NCBI GenBank assembly: GCA_937880755.1
Contig: CALGRX010000017.1
Location: 154,737 to 218,736, forward strand
Source: an uncultured Clostridia bacterium
GTDB taxonomy: Bacteria > Bacillota > Clostridia > Christensenellales > UBA3700
Direction: 5' to 3'
Length of the DNA: 64,000 nucleotides
Positions within the stretch are counted from its first letter, which is position 1. Each line of letters opens with the position of its first letter. Made by a program: the position numbers and the translations under genes. Positions 30,407-39,869 of the stretch are shown in pieces. Under the pieces are notes generated by a model. It made no database searches, was not told the origin of the DNA, and was given only the letters and a program-made list of their open reading frames with translations.

Positions 30407-31123
30407 TTATTTTATACTGTCCGCGATAGGTTCTTTGTTTTTGTAGTGAACGTCGAACTCGTCGTCGTCCTCGTAGTAGGTCGCCAGCAATATATCTTTG
30501 ATGCCCTCTTGGTTTATCTCCAACTTTTTGAGCAACCAATCTGTGGACTTGGATAGATTGTCTAGCGACGGTTGGACTATTCTACCGTCGATGATGACTT
30601 CGGCGGGGATAGACGGAGGATTAGGTTGCAAGGCGTCCTTCTCCATAAGGTCGGCAATAGTTGTCGGCTTTTGCATACCAACGGGCAAGATGCTCAGTCT
30701 GCCGTTGGTTTCAAAGACAGCGTATGCGACGTCGCGCAAGTTGAAGTAGCCGCTACTTCTTGCCATTGCCAAAATATCGTTGACGGAAATTTTGGCTTTT
30801 TTGATATTGGCATAGTCGAGTTTGCCGTTGTGAATTACTACGAGTGGAGAACCCTGCAAGGTCTTTTTGAAAATCGGTAAAGTACGAGAGAGTTGAGTAA
30901 CCGTGATATCCGATAGCAAAAATATCGTCATACCTATGAGGTAATAGTACCACGGCGTTTCGAGCTCAGTAGCCCAATTGGCGGCAATAGAGCCAAGTGA
31001 AATGCCTACTACGTAGTCGATAAAGTCAAGCTCCGCAATTTGTTTTTTGCCCAAAATTTTGGCTATGACGAACATATATGCAAAGGAAGCAAAGCCAAAA
31101 ATGATAATTTTTACAATGTCCAT
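30407..31123 (-). CDS. DUF421 (YetF-family) membrane protein
   Basis: N-terminal TM helices (MDIVKIIIFGFASFAYMFVIAKILGKKQIAELDFIDYVVGISLGSIAA) and a C-terminal soluble domain. The ATG at 31123 is preceded by AAGGAG; the track ORF extends to 31231. Confidence 0.65.
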   Translation of the reverse strand: MDIVKIIIFGFASFAYMFVIAKILGKKQIAELDFIDYVVGISLGSIAANWATELETPWYYYLIGMTIFLLSDITVTQLSRTLPIFKKTLQGSPLVVIHNGKLDYANIKKAKISVNDILAMARSSGYFNLRDVAYAVFETNGRLSILPVGMQKPTTIADLMEKDALQPNPPSIPAEVIIDGRIVQPSLDNLSKSTDWLLKKLEINQEGIKDILLATYYEDDDEFDVHYKNKEPIADSIK

Positions 31124-31264
31124 ATTACACTCCTTTGCATAGAGTGTAGACAATACGATATTCTTATATTCATTGATACGTATCGAGTTTTTGACAAATA
31201 TAATACGCTTATAGGACAACAAAATTGCCACTCTTATGAGTGACTATCGTTATTTACCAACTAG

Positions 31265-32074
31265 TTATTGTTGCTTAGGGAAGATATCGTATAGGTGAGT
31301 TATATTCATATCCTTAGGGATATTTTTGCCGTGTTGTCCCAGTCCGTACCACTCTCTGTGCGTGCCGTGGTCGGTGGCAAAGCCCACCAAAGTGTCGTGG
31401 CTCTTCCAATTTTCTTTGACGGCGGTAGCTAGTCTATCGAAGTTGTCGCAATAGTGGTCGAGGGCTCTAAGCGCAAAACGAGACTGAGGGTGAGTGATGT
31501 GCATTACCGAGTCGTGCTCTTGGTTGTACACACAGATAAAGTCGTACTTGTCCTCTTTGACTAATTCTATAGCCTTGTCCACAGCCGACCTATCGTCGGC
31601 GGTAGAGTAATAATCCATATCACGCTCTCTGAATATTTTGTCCATACTTTGACCGGCGACAGACACGATACAAGGCTTTTTGCCCGCGCGTATCAAAGCG
31701 TCGAAAATGGTATCTATCGTCAGTACGGGTTTGACGTATTTACTTATTCCGTGTTGCTCGGGGGTTGCTCCCGAATATATGCTTGCAAAGCATACGGGGG
31801 TCTTAGGCGGAATCATACTGAGCAATGGTTGTTCTCTCTTTAGATGCTTTCTCACTGACGCAAACTTGTCGTAATACTTGCGATAGATATAGTCGCCTAT
31901 AGCGTCGGGGTTGTAGATGATTACTCTATCCACCTTGCCGTTTTGGCAACGAGAGGTGATATACTCTACGAGCTCGTCGATTTTGGTTGTGGCGTACTTA
32001 GGTGGCTCAACGCCCATACAAGCACAAAAAGTGCCCGTCAAAGTTGTCAGCGGGATGGTGTTGAATTGTTCCAT
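31265..32074 (-). CDS. Alkaline-phosphatase-superfamily enzyme (type I phosphodiesterase / nucleotide pyrophosphatase-like)
   Basis: 269 aa. NPDAIG, KTPVCFASIYSGATPEQHGI (matches the NPP nucleophile-Thr...HGI pattern), and DHGTH near the C-terminus. Confidence 0.55.
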   Translation of the reverse strand: MEQFNTIPLTTLTGTFCACMGVEPPKYATTKIDELVEYITSRCQNGKVDRVIIYNPDAIGDYIYRKYYDKFASVRKHLKREQPLLSMIPPKTPVCFASIYSGATPEQHGISKYVKPVLTIDTIFDALIRAGKKPCIVSVAGQSMDKIFRERDMDYYSTADDRSAVDKAIELVKEDKYDFICVYNQEHDSVMHITHPQSRFALRALDHYCDNFDRLATAVKENWKSHDTLVGFATDHGTHREWYGLGQHGKNIPKDMNITHLYDIFPKQQ

Positions 32075-33543
32075 TAGAAAAGCTCCTTTTTGAGATTTTC
32101 GAGTTCTGCTTGCTCTTGCTCGTCAAGCGTATCGAGTTCGCCCGCGCGTTGTTTGGAGATAAAGTAGGTGACCCTTTCGCTCTTGTGAGTAGTGATTTTG
32201 ATTAGGAACGCTCCTACGAACGCAATGACCAAAAACGCCGAAATACATATACCGAGAATTAGTCTCATACCCTTAATCGCACCGGTAGGTTGCAAACCTT
32301 GAGTGCCGAGGCTCTCGTCGTAGCCCGTCGTTTCCAATACTAAGCCTACGAGAAATACCGCCAAGCCCGAACTAAACTTTTTGAAAAAGGTCATAGTGCT
32401 GTTGTAAGCGCCCGGGTTGCGGTCGTTGGATTTGAGCTCTGCCACGTCTACCACGTCAGGGAAGGTGAGCCATGGGATAACTTGTGCCATACCGAAGCCT
32501 AGTCCCGCAATGAGCGCAGGTAGCATCATAAGTCTTGGGTCAGGCGCGTTGGCAGGGAAACAAGCTAAGCCGATAGCACCGCCAAGGAACATTGGCACGC
32601 CGCACATAAAGATGACGGGCTTAGGTACTTTTTTGGCAATCATAATCAGTACTACCGGCATTATAAGACCTGCACCGCCCAACATACATATGTTGACCAC
32701 GGTAGGTAGTTTGAAACCGAGTACGGTAATATCCGCACCGCCTGCTATGTTGTACACGTACGTGATGATGATTGAGGCGATTATCTCGTTGCATATAAAG
32801 CTGAATACGTACATAATCAACAGTCTTCTAAAGCATTTTAGTTTGAAGGTGTTGGTAAAGGTCTTGATAGAAAACTTGGATTTATGTTCAGGCAACGGCG
32901 TTCTTTCTTTGGTAAATATTGCCGAGCATAGTATAGGAATTGAGAACATCAAACCAAATACGATGATTATCGTCCAAGAGAACTTTTGCGTAGACATACT
33001 TGCCGCTTTGCCGAATAGCTCGGAGCTTACGACGAATATCAACGCCGAAGCCAACATTCCGCAAGCCGTGCGGGCAAAGTTCATAAGGCTACGCTCTTTG
33101 GTGTCTTGCGAAATCTCGGAAGTAAGCGATAGATAAGGCACGTTGAAGACCGTGGATATCGTACTATAAAAGATATGCGCAAAGATGAAGTACGCTACCT
33201 TGGCAGTTTGACTTACGATAGACGAGTGGAATGGCATAAACAGCACGAACAACGCCACGAATATCAGTATGCCCGAAGCCAAAATATACGGACGGCGTCT
33301 GCCGAGCTTGGTACGCGTATTGTCCGATATTACGCCCATGAGAGGGTCGGATATAGCGTCCCAGATACGAGCAAGCATCAATATCGTGCCCGCGATAGCA
33401 GGGGTGATACCTACTATATCCGTCAAAAATTTGAGGTAGAGTATGGATAGTATTGCAACGCCGCCGCTGCCGTAAATCTCACCCACCGCAAAAGCCACTT
33501 TTTCGCCAAATTTGATTTTGTCGGTCTTTACGTTACTTTTCAT
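32074..33543 (-). CDS. GPH-family (glycoside-pentoside-hexuronide) cation symporter, MFS
   Basis: 489 aa, about 12 TM helices. The motif ARIWDAISDPLMGVISDNTRTKLGRRRPY is typical of the MelB/YicJ family. Confidence 0.8.
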   Translation of the reverse strand: MKSNVKTDKIKFGEKVAFAVGEIYGSGGVAILSILYLKFLTDIVGITPAIAGTILMLARIWDAISDPLMGVISDNTRTKLGRRRPYILASGILIFVALFVLFMPFHSSIVSQTAKVAYFIFAHIFYSTISTVFNVPYLSLTSEISQDTKERSLMNFARTACGMLASALIFVVSSELFGKAASMSTQKFSWTIIIVFGLMFSIPILCSAIFTKERTPLPEHKSKFSIKTFTNTFKLKCFRRLLIMYVFSFICNEIIASIIITYVYNIAGGADITVLGFKLPTVVNICMLGGAGLIMPVVLIMIAKKVPKPVIFMCGVPMFLGGAIGLACFPANAPDPRLMMLPALIAGLGFGMAQVIPWLTFPDVVDVAELKSNDRNPGAYNSTMTFFKKFSSGLAVFLVGLVLETTGYDESLGTQGLQPTGAIKGMRLILGICISAFLVIAFVGAFLIKITTHKSERVTYFISKQRAGELDTLDEQEQAELENLKKELF

Positions 33544-33973
33544 TATTTTCTCCCGTCAGTGTATTTAGATATGCTTTTAGTTCTTTTTGTGCTTCTACAA
33601 GGTCGTGTTCAAGATAATTGCCACACTCGATAGGCTTGGTGCCGGGTACGTAGTCTAGGGTAAGGCATTTTTTGACCGCGTCAATAGTAGCGGCTTTGGC
33701 TTGTCGTTCTTCTATCCCATACAACAATAGATAGAAGCCCGTGCGACAGCCCATAGGACCGAAATAAACGACCTTGTCCTTGATATCGCTATTGCGAATG
33801 ACTACGGCAAAGAGATGCTCTATAGAGTGCAGAGCCTTGTAGCTGATATAATCACCGCCGTTAGGCTTTTTGAAACGCAAGTCGTAGGTAAATACGCCGT
33901 TTGCTTGCCCCAAGCAATAAAACCCGGGCGTCATAGCGTTGTGATCTAGTTCAAAAGATTTGATATTATCCAT
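33533..33973 (-). CDS. luxS: S-ribosylhomocysteine lyase
   Basis: 146 aa. FELDHNAM, HSIEHL (metal ligands) and GPMGCRTGFY match LuxS signatures. Confidence 0.85.
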   Translation of the reverse strand: MDNIKSFELDHNAMTPGFYCLGQANGVFTYDLRFKKPNGGDYISYKALHSIEHLFAVVIRNSDIKDKVVYFGPMGCRTGFYLLLYGIEERQAKAATIDAVKKCLTLDYVPGTKPIECGNYLEHDLVEAQKELKAYLNTLTGENNEK

Positions 33974-34147
33974 AATAATTTTATTCTATCAAACAAAGCC
34001 GTATTTTGCAATATATTTTTTTACACATACGCCCGCGCAGTCACCTTTTTACACTCGGTTGACGTTCTATTTACGTTTGCTGACGTTTGCGTGAATAATT
34101 TTGGCAATTAGTGCAATAATCCTATTATCAAATAAACGGAGGAATAT

Positions 34148-35407
34148 ATGAAAATCAATCCATTCAAAGAGAAACCCGTAGATATCGACAAAAGTTACGA
34201 CTCTTGGAGCAAAATGAGCGCATATAGCTACGACAAAAAGACGGCTTCGCCTTACACTAAAACTCGTGTTATTCTTATGAACGGCACGGAATTTGAGGCT
34301 ACTTGGTTTACGCACAACTTTCACAGGCATTGCCCCAACAACGAGATAAGAAGAGAACTAGCCAAAGTTAGACGTAGAGAACAGCAACAACAAAAAATTA
34401 TCTCCTCTCTCAAACCGCTCGACGAGAGCATTTTGGAGACGACGATTAGCTACGAACAGCTAGCCATTGACCTCACGGCAATACTTGCCAAGCACGTCAA
34501 GGACGAAAACGTCAAAAACGCGCTCAACTTTGCCTTGATCGAGGACTTTGACCACCTGTACCGTTACGCCAATCTCTTGCAAATGGAGCACGGCATTAGT
34601 GCCAAGGACATAGTCAAGGACTACACCGAAATCACTCCGGGCAGACCAACCATATCCGAGCATCGCTATCCCGAGGACGATATCAAAAAGTGGATTTGCA
34701 ACAATCTTGCCGACCCGTATACCAAACTCGTCGTCAGTATAATCACCGCCGCCGAGCAACAGACTATGAACTATTATATGAACGTGGGCAATATCTATCC
34801 GTCAATTCTTGGCAGACAGCTGTATACCGAGATTGCAATGATAGAGGAGCAACACGTATCGCAATACGGCGGTCTTATCGACACTACGACAAGCTGGCTC
34901 GAGTGTTGGCTCATGCACGAGTACGTCGAGTGCTATCTATATTATAGTTGCTACGAAGACGAAACCGACGCTACTATCAAGGAGCTGTGGCACCAATTCT
35001 ATCTCGAAGAGTGCGGACACTTGCAGAGAGTTGCCGAGCTGTTGTACAAATACGAGGGCAAGCCTTGGCAATCGGTATTTACCTGCGGAGGCGACTTCCC
35101 GCAACTGCTCAAGTTTGAAGGCAATATCGACTATATTCAAGACGTACTCAAAAATACCGTCACCATTACCGCCGATAGAGAAGGCTTTATCAGAGTGGAA
35201 GACCTCACCGAAGACAGCGACTTTTATCGCTACAACAGTATGGTCAACAAAAATCTCGGCAAGGTTGCGAGCCACGTCGTGATAGAGCAATATATCAAAA
35301 AGTACGGCAAAGACTACCGTAGCGAGCGTAGCAAAAACCCTGTCGCCGAGTTGACGGATAGGACTAAGGACAACGTTGATTTAGCAAGAGTATCAACAAA
35401 TCAATGA
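34148..35407 (+). CDS. Ferritin-like (di-iron four-helix-bundle type) domain protein, function unknown
   Basis: 419 aa. Spaced carboxylate/His motifs (YEQLAIDL, IEDFDHLYRY, AAEQQTMNYY, IEEQHVSQY, LEECGHLQR) suggest a rubrerythrin/ferritin-like fold. Confidence 0.45.
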   Translation: MKINPFKEKPVDIDKSYDSWSKMSAYSYDKKTASPYTKTRVILMNGTEFEATWFTHNFHRHCPNNEIRRELAKVRRREQQQQKIISSLKPLDESILETTISYEQLAIDLTAILAKHVKDENVKNALNFALIEDFDHLYRYANLLQMEHGISAKDIVKDYTEITPGRPTISEHRYPEDDIKKWICNNLADPYTKLVVSIITAAEQQTMNYYMNVGNIYPSILGRQLYTEIAMIEEQHVSQYGGLIDTTTSWLECWLMHEYVECYLYYSCYEDETDATIKELWHQFYLEECGHLQRVAELLYKYEGKPWQSVFTCGGDFPQLLKFEGNIDYIQDVLKNTVTITADREGFIRVEDLTEDSDFYRYNSMVNKNLGKVASHVVIEQYIKKYGKDYRSERSKNPVAELTDRTKDNVDLARVSTNQ

Positions 35408-35418
35408 TATACGAAAAT

Positions 35419-35455
35419 AAATAGAAACGGTTATCAACCGTTTCTATTTATTTTG
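35419..35455 (+). terminator. Intrinsic terminator after the ferritin-like gene; left edge of the accessory island
   Basis: AAATAGAAACGGTT-ATC-AACCGTTTCTATTT 14-bp stem followed by ATTTTGGG. Confidence 0.8.
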
Positions 35456-35748
35456 GGATTTTATTCGCCATAGCAAATTTATCAAAGTTGCCATACCCAC
35501 CGAGATAAAAACAAACATTGCTTTGTCTAATTATTGAATTAAATAGTAGCAACATATTTTTCCATCATTTGGTCGTTCAATATAATCTGTATGACCGCAA
35601 AAAGTAATAATCACGTTGTTCCTCAATATAAATAATAGCAAAATACTGAGCTAAAATCAAGAAAAATACTAAATATTCGCTTAGTATTTTACCTTATTGA
35701 TATAACTATAATACTACTAAGCCAAAGTTTATTATTTTGGAGGAGAGT

Positions 35749-35988
35749 ATGACTATTGCCGAGGCGTTGTCCAAGAGACTAATTGCGTTTATGGAAGAGA
35801 GAAATATGACGGGGTATAGATTGTCTATGTTGTCGGGAGTCAATCAAACTACCATTGCCGACATCAAGAAGATGAGGAATACGGCAGTCAACGTCCGCAT
35901 TATCTTTGAGTTGTGTCAGGGGTTGGGTATTGATTTGGCGGAGTTTTTCTCCGATCCCGTTTTCAACAACGACAATATCATAGATTGA
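35749..35988 (+). CDS. XRE-family HTH protein (small, Cro/CI-like)
   Basis: 79 aa. HTH_3 pattern (MTGYRLSMLSGVNQTTIADIKKMRN). The ATG at 35749 follows GGAGGAG. Confidence 0.7.
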   Translation: MTIAEALSKRLIAFMEERNMTGYRLSMLSGVNQTTIADIKKMRNTAVNVRIIFELCQGLGIDLAEFFSDPVFNNDNIID

Positions 35989-36062
35989 GTGTATAGCAAG
36001 ACTATTGCAAACAAAATCGAGTGGCATCATACCACTCGATTTTTTTAAGTAATATCCAAAAC

Positions 36063-36278
36063 TCAATACGTGTCGTCAAAAATCATCAATCGATCTTCTT
36101 TGCAAAGCACAGTACCATTGCTCTCGGACCTAGGGGTGCGCCTATGATAGGGGAGAGTAAAGGCTGTATTATTCCCGACCATAAGGAGTTTTCCGTCCTT
36201 TAGGATAATAGCCCCTACACGAATATTGATAATGCCATTCTCACATTGCACCGACATGTCCCTATTTATACGTTTCAC
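36063..36278 (-). pseudogene. Possible NUDIX-hydrolase N-terminal fragment
   Basis: 71 aa. VGAIILKDGKLLMV resembles the first NUDIX strand, but the Nudix box (GGxxExxE) is not recognisable, so the gene is likely truncated or decayed. Confidence 0.3.
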
Positions 36279-36486
36279 CTCCGAATTGCTGTTTATTGTC
36301 CAACATTATAGCATGTCCACTAGACAATGCAACTGTAAAAACAACTTTGGTATCATAAATACAACATTCCGATATAACTTATGATGTTTGAGAAATGATA
36401 ATAAGCTAAATTGAATTATGAGGCTACTAAATATATTTGTGGATTTTCCAATAGTTATATGGGATTAGAAAATAGAATAACGTATT

Positions 36487-37392
36487 TTATTGTCTAATAA
36501 AATTCCCAATCTCTTTCCACGCAACTTTACTTTCCCTAAGGAAGGGAGCAAAATATTGAAAATCGTGAAAAAGTCCGTCGTATATGGAGAGCGTTACGTT
36601 GTTATCGTGTTTTTCTAAGGCAGACTTCAGTGTAATGCTATCGGATAAATCAGTTTCGTAACTTCCTACTTGAATGAATACAGGCGGAAAGTCTTTATAT
36701 TCAAGATATACGGGAGAAAGATATGGCTCAAAAGGGCAAGCGTCGCCAACGTAAGAGCTCTTTTTCCTTAAATAGTGACCGTAATCCTCGTAACTTTGAT
36801 TTTTAGGTAGAGAATACATTGGGTCTTTGTGGCAATTAAATTCATACGAGTCGCCCGTTAGCGCAAGGTCGACGTAGGGGGATATACATATAAGTTTCTT
36901 TGGCATTTTGTAGCCGTTGCTTTGCAACTTATGACAAGTCGACGTCATTAGATTAGCCCCGAAACTATCGCCAATCATAATCGTGTTGTCAAAATCAATT
37001 ATCTTTTCTAGTCTAACGCAAGCGTCATAACAAATATCGTGCAATGCAGGATAAACGTAATCGGGATTGGGCACGTAATCGATACTATACACTATTGCAT
37101 CGGTGAGTTTTGCTAGTTTTTCGGCTACTTTATGATATAAGTTGCTCATAGGTTGGCATGGACCGCCACCGTGAAAAAAAATGATATTGATATTGCTCTT
37201 AGAGTATTTGTACGACAACTTCTCGATACTATACCTTTCATCGCCGGTCAAAACTTCAAGACAAAAATTTTTAGGATTATATCGATTATTTTTTAGTTTA
37301 ATGTTATTGGATAGAGAAATATGATTTTTTCTATATTTGTAGGTATATGCTTTGATACCCAATCTTGTGAGGCAGGTAAGCAACGAGGTCAT
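36487..37392 (-). CDS. Alpha/beta hydrolase, hormone-sensitive-lipase-type esterase (Abhydrolase_3)
   Basis: 301 aa. Oxyanion HGGG (IFFHGGGP), nucleophile elbow GDSFGAN, and a C-terminal His region (DGLFHDF). Overlaps the upstream kinase gene by 4 nt. Confidence 0.75.
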   Translation of the reverse strand: MTSLLTCLTRLGIKAYTYKYRKNHISLSNNIKLKNNRYNPKNFCLEVLTGDERYSIEKLSYKYSKSNINIIFFHGGGPCQPMSNLYHKVAEKLAKLTDAIVYSIDYVPNPDYVYPALHDICYDACVRLEKIIDFDNTIMIGDSFGANLMTSTCHKLQSNGYKMPKKLICISPYVDLALTGDSYEFNCHKDPMYSLPKNQSYEDYGHYLRKKSSYVGDACPFEPYLSPVYLEYKDFPPVFIQVGSYETDLSDSITLKSALEKHDNNVTLSIYDGLFHDFQYFAPFLRESKVAWKEIGNFIRQ

Positions 37393-38333
37393 AATGATTT
37401 TACGACCTTATTCATATTTTTGACAAGCGGATTCATAATCACGTTGACAAGTACGCCCGACTTAATGTAGCAATATACCTCGTTCCATAGACCGTAAAAC
37501 GCAAGTTTTTCTTGGCAATATTTACTTGCACCGTATTTTTCAATATACGTTTGGCTGAGTTTGAATCTTTTACCCGTTAGATTGTCGAATTGAAATAGGT
37601 CATACTCTCTATCGGCATACATCGTATTGAGAGGATCGATAAATGCAGACAGTTTACCATTGTCAATAAATATATTTGCTAGGTTAAGGTCGCCGTGTAT
37701 AAGGCAAGCCTCGCTCACTTCTTCACCAAATATAACGTCAAAACAAGTCCACGCTTTTTCCATAGCTTGCATTATCTTATTGCTCAATTGATTATCGGAG
37801 TGCAACTCTCTTGCTTTTTCAAGTATGGCTATGGCAAATTCTCTATAAAAATCCAACCACGTGTCGTATGTTGCATTAGAAATACTGCCAAACTTATCGC
37901 TTTTGACTTGATGTATTTGGTGCAGAGCCGTAGTTACGTCATCGGCGAATTGCATGCGTTTTTTCTTGCTTGCGAGTAAAAATCCAAAACTAGTAAATGC
38001 GTTCTTACCTGCTACTTTAGTCATAGCATACATATCTAACGGGATATCATTATCGGCTTTTCGAGCGAACAAGACTTTTGGGAAGGGGATAGGACAGTTT
38101 TTGGATAGAATATCGAGTGAAGCGATTTCATTGTCGAGCATATCGGTTGCTCTTAGGAATTTGATGACCAATTCGTCGTTAGAAGTATTGACAAGATAAG
38201 CCATACCAAACGAACCACCGCCAAGGCATTTGATTTTTGCGACGTCAAAACCTTGCTCTCGTGCTATGATTTTGATATATTTCTCGGCATCGTATTTTGT
38301 TATTTTTATTGGAATAATTCTTTCAACTTTCAT
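37389..38333 (-). CDS. APH-family (aminoglycoside/small-molecule) phosphotransferase-like kinase
   Basis: 314 aa. Gly-rich GGGSFGMAY, Lys in VIKF, catalytic HGDLNLANIF, and IDPLNTMYADREYDL (Brenner and DxD-type motifs of the APH/ChoK family). Confidence 0.7.
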   Translation of the reverse strand: MKVERIIPIKITKYDAEKYIKIIAREQGFDVAKIKCLGGGSFGMAYLVNTSNDELVIKFLRATDMLDNEIASLDILSKNCPIPFPKVLFARKADNDIPLDMYAMTKVAGKNAFTSFGFLLASKKKRMQFADDVTTALHQIHQVKSDKFGSISNATYDTWLDFYREFAIAILEKARELHSDNQLSNKIMQAMEKAWTCFDVIFGEEVSEACLIHGDLNLANIFIDNGKLSAFIDPLNTMYADREYDLFQFDNLTGKRFKLSQTYIEKYGASKYCQEKLAFYGLWNEVYCYIKSGVLVNVIMNPLVKNMNKVVKSL

Positions 38334-38416
38334 AACGTCACCTCTATAATTTCATTATAATAGAGTTTAGCGACCTCCGCAATATCCTGTGATTACCATT
38401 ATGTGTCCAAAATTTA

Positions 38417-39364
38417 CTATACAAGTTGCTTCAATTCAATGGGAGTCATGCCATAATATTTTTTGAATTGCTTATAGAATCCCGACGTGTTTTTGTACCC
38501 GACGGCTTGTGCAATATCGTCGATACGTATATTATCAAATATCATTTGACTTGCCCTTTGCATGCGAATTTCCGTCAGCAAATCACTAAAAGATTTGTTA
38601 GTTTTTTGGTTGATAATTCTACTCAAGTATGATTTGTTATAGCCTAGACTTTTCGCCAGATTGTCTAGGGTGGCATTCTCCATATTTGCATATATGTATT
38701 GCGTAATTTTTTCCAAAAAAATGCTATCAATATTTTTACTTCTTACCAATTCAACGAACAATAAGGCAAGATAATTTTCTATAGTTACGTTAATCAAGTC
38801 GTCACTAGCAAAACTCTCTTTTAATGTTTTGAATAATAAATATTCCGTTTCGATGCTCACGTTACGTATCATTGTGATTGGCTCATCAAAGTGTGCGTTC
38901 ACGTTAATATGATTAAAGACGTCAATAGGTATTACTATTTTTATAATGACGTCCTTTTCGGTGCTTGGCATTATAGCGTGCTTTATTTGAGGGGATAGAA
39001 TGCACAAGTCGCCTTGATTCATTATTATTTTTTTGTCGTCGATTAGTTGTATGCACTTGCCTTTATTTACAAATATCAGTTCATAGAACGTATGCGAATG
39101 AATATATGGAATTTGACTCGTGGTATGCTTGCGAACGTGCAGTCCTTCATCTTTGCGTATAGGAATTATAGGGAAGCGAACAACGCCGTCTTCCGTTTCT
39201 AGCGGATTGATATTTTGCTCAATAAGATCAAAAGCCTTTGCTAAAATTTCATCGGCATTAGCAAACTCATATTTGATAGTCTCAATAAGTTTTTCTCTTG
39301 ATTTTGCAACCTTTTCATCTTCTATTTCGTGATTATTTAGTATGGCAAATATTGTTTCATTCAT
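38417..39364 (-). CDS. AraC-family transcriptional regulator (cupin sensor + HTH_18)
   Basis: 315 aa. N-terminal cupin-like region (HSHTFYELIFVNKG) and a C-terminal double HTH (LAKSLGYNKSYLSRIINQKT...IAQAVGYKNTSGFYKQFKKYYGMTP). Confidence 0.85.
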   Translation of the reverse strand: MNETIFAILNNHEIEDEKVAKSREKLIETIKYEFANADEILAKAFDLIEQNINPLETEDGVVRFPIIPIRKDEGLHVRKHTTSQIPYIHSHTFYELIFVNKGKCIQLIDDKKIIMNQGDLCILSPQIKHAIMPSTEKDVIIKIVIPIDVFNHINVNAHFDEPITMIRNVSIETEYLLFKTLKESFASDDLINVTIENYLALLFVELVRSKNIDSIFLEKITQYIYANMENATLDNLAKSLGYNKSYLSRIINQKTNKSFSDLLTEIRMQRASQMIFDNIRIDDIAQAVGYKNTSGFYKQFKKYYGMTPIELKQLV

Positions 39365-39370
39365 ATATTT

Positions 39371-39399
39371 AGTATAGCATACACTTTTCTATATTTCAA
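39371..39399 (-). promoter_or_regulatory. Promoter of the AraC gene, apparently leaderless
   Basis: On the minus strand, TTGAAA (39399-39394), a 17-nt spacer ending in TG-C, and TATACT (39376-39371). The ATG (39364) begins 7 nt after the -10 and there is no SD. Confidence 0.55.
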
Positions 39400-39404
39400 T
39401 ATTG

Positions 39405-39566
39405 ATAATTGACGTGAGTTATCTATTAATAGCCAATAAAAATAAAACAATATTTGATTGGTAGAACAACTTTTTTGTGACAATATAAATGGAGAAGTAA
39501 CAGCGAACGAGAAGTGAGCGTGCAACGAGTAGAGAGTTCGGACGGCAAGCCGTCGGGAGCGAAGCG
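39405..39566 (+). repeat. Direct repeat, copy 1 (162 nt)
   Basis: Matches 45623-45786 with only three differences (two 1-nt indels and one substitution). AT-rich 5' half, purine/GC-rich 3' half containing a GACGGC-AA-GCCGTC hairpin. Confidence 0.95.
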
Positions 39567-39814
39567 ACGCCGCTTGTATCAAGACTGTGACATATTTTTA
39601 TGGACACTTAAAGCGAAACATAATCTAAATTTTATCGTTTTTTAATGCTGATAACTCTACTAATATCAATATCCAATTTTAAAAGCTATATTTACAAACA
39701 TATATTTTTGTGGTACAATAAAAATACAAATAACCCGTAGGAGTATTTTATACGAAAGAATAATAAAAGTTAGAATTAATAATAAAAAGGGGGTGAGGAT
39801 ATGAGAAAATTAGG

Positions 39815-39855
39815 GACATAAGAAAATTCTTATAATTTTCTTATGTCTTTTGTTG
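39815..39855 (+). terminator. Strong intrinsic terminator upstream of the LRR lipoprotein gene
   Basis: GACATAAGAAAATT-CTTAT-AATTTTCTTATGTC 14-bp perfect stem followed by TTTTGTTG. It overlaps the end of a 6-codon mini-ORF (39801-39821). Confidence 0.75.
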
Positions 39856-39869
39856 TCGCAGGAGTTTAA

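Noticed and set aside
35531-35614. A 27-codon minus-strand ORF (VIITFCGHTDYIERPNDG...) at the left edge of the island. Its TFCGH motif vaguely recalls SLOG/DUF1273-type proteins.
   Set aside because: It is far too short and starts at GTG without an RBS. At most it is a gene stump, so it is not reportable as a feature.
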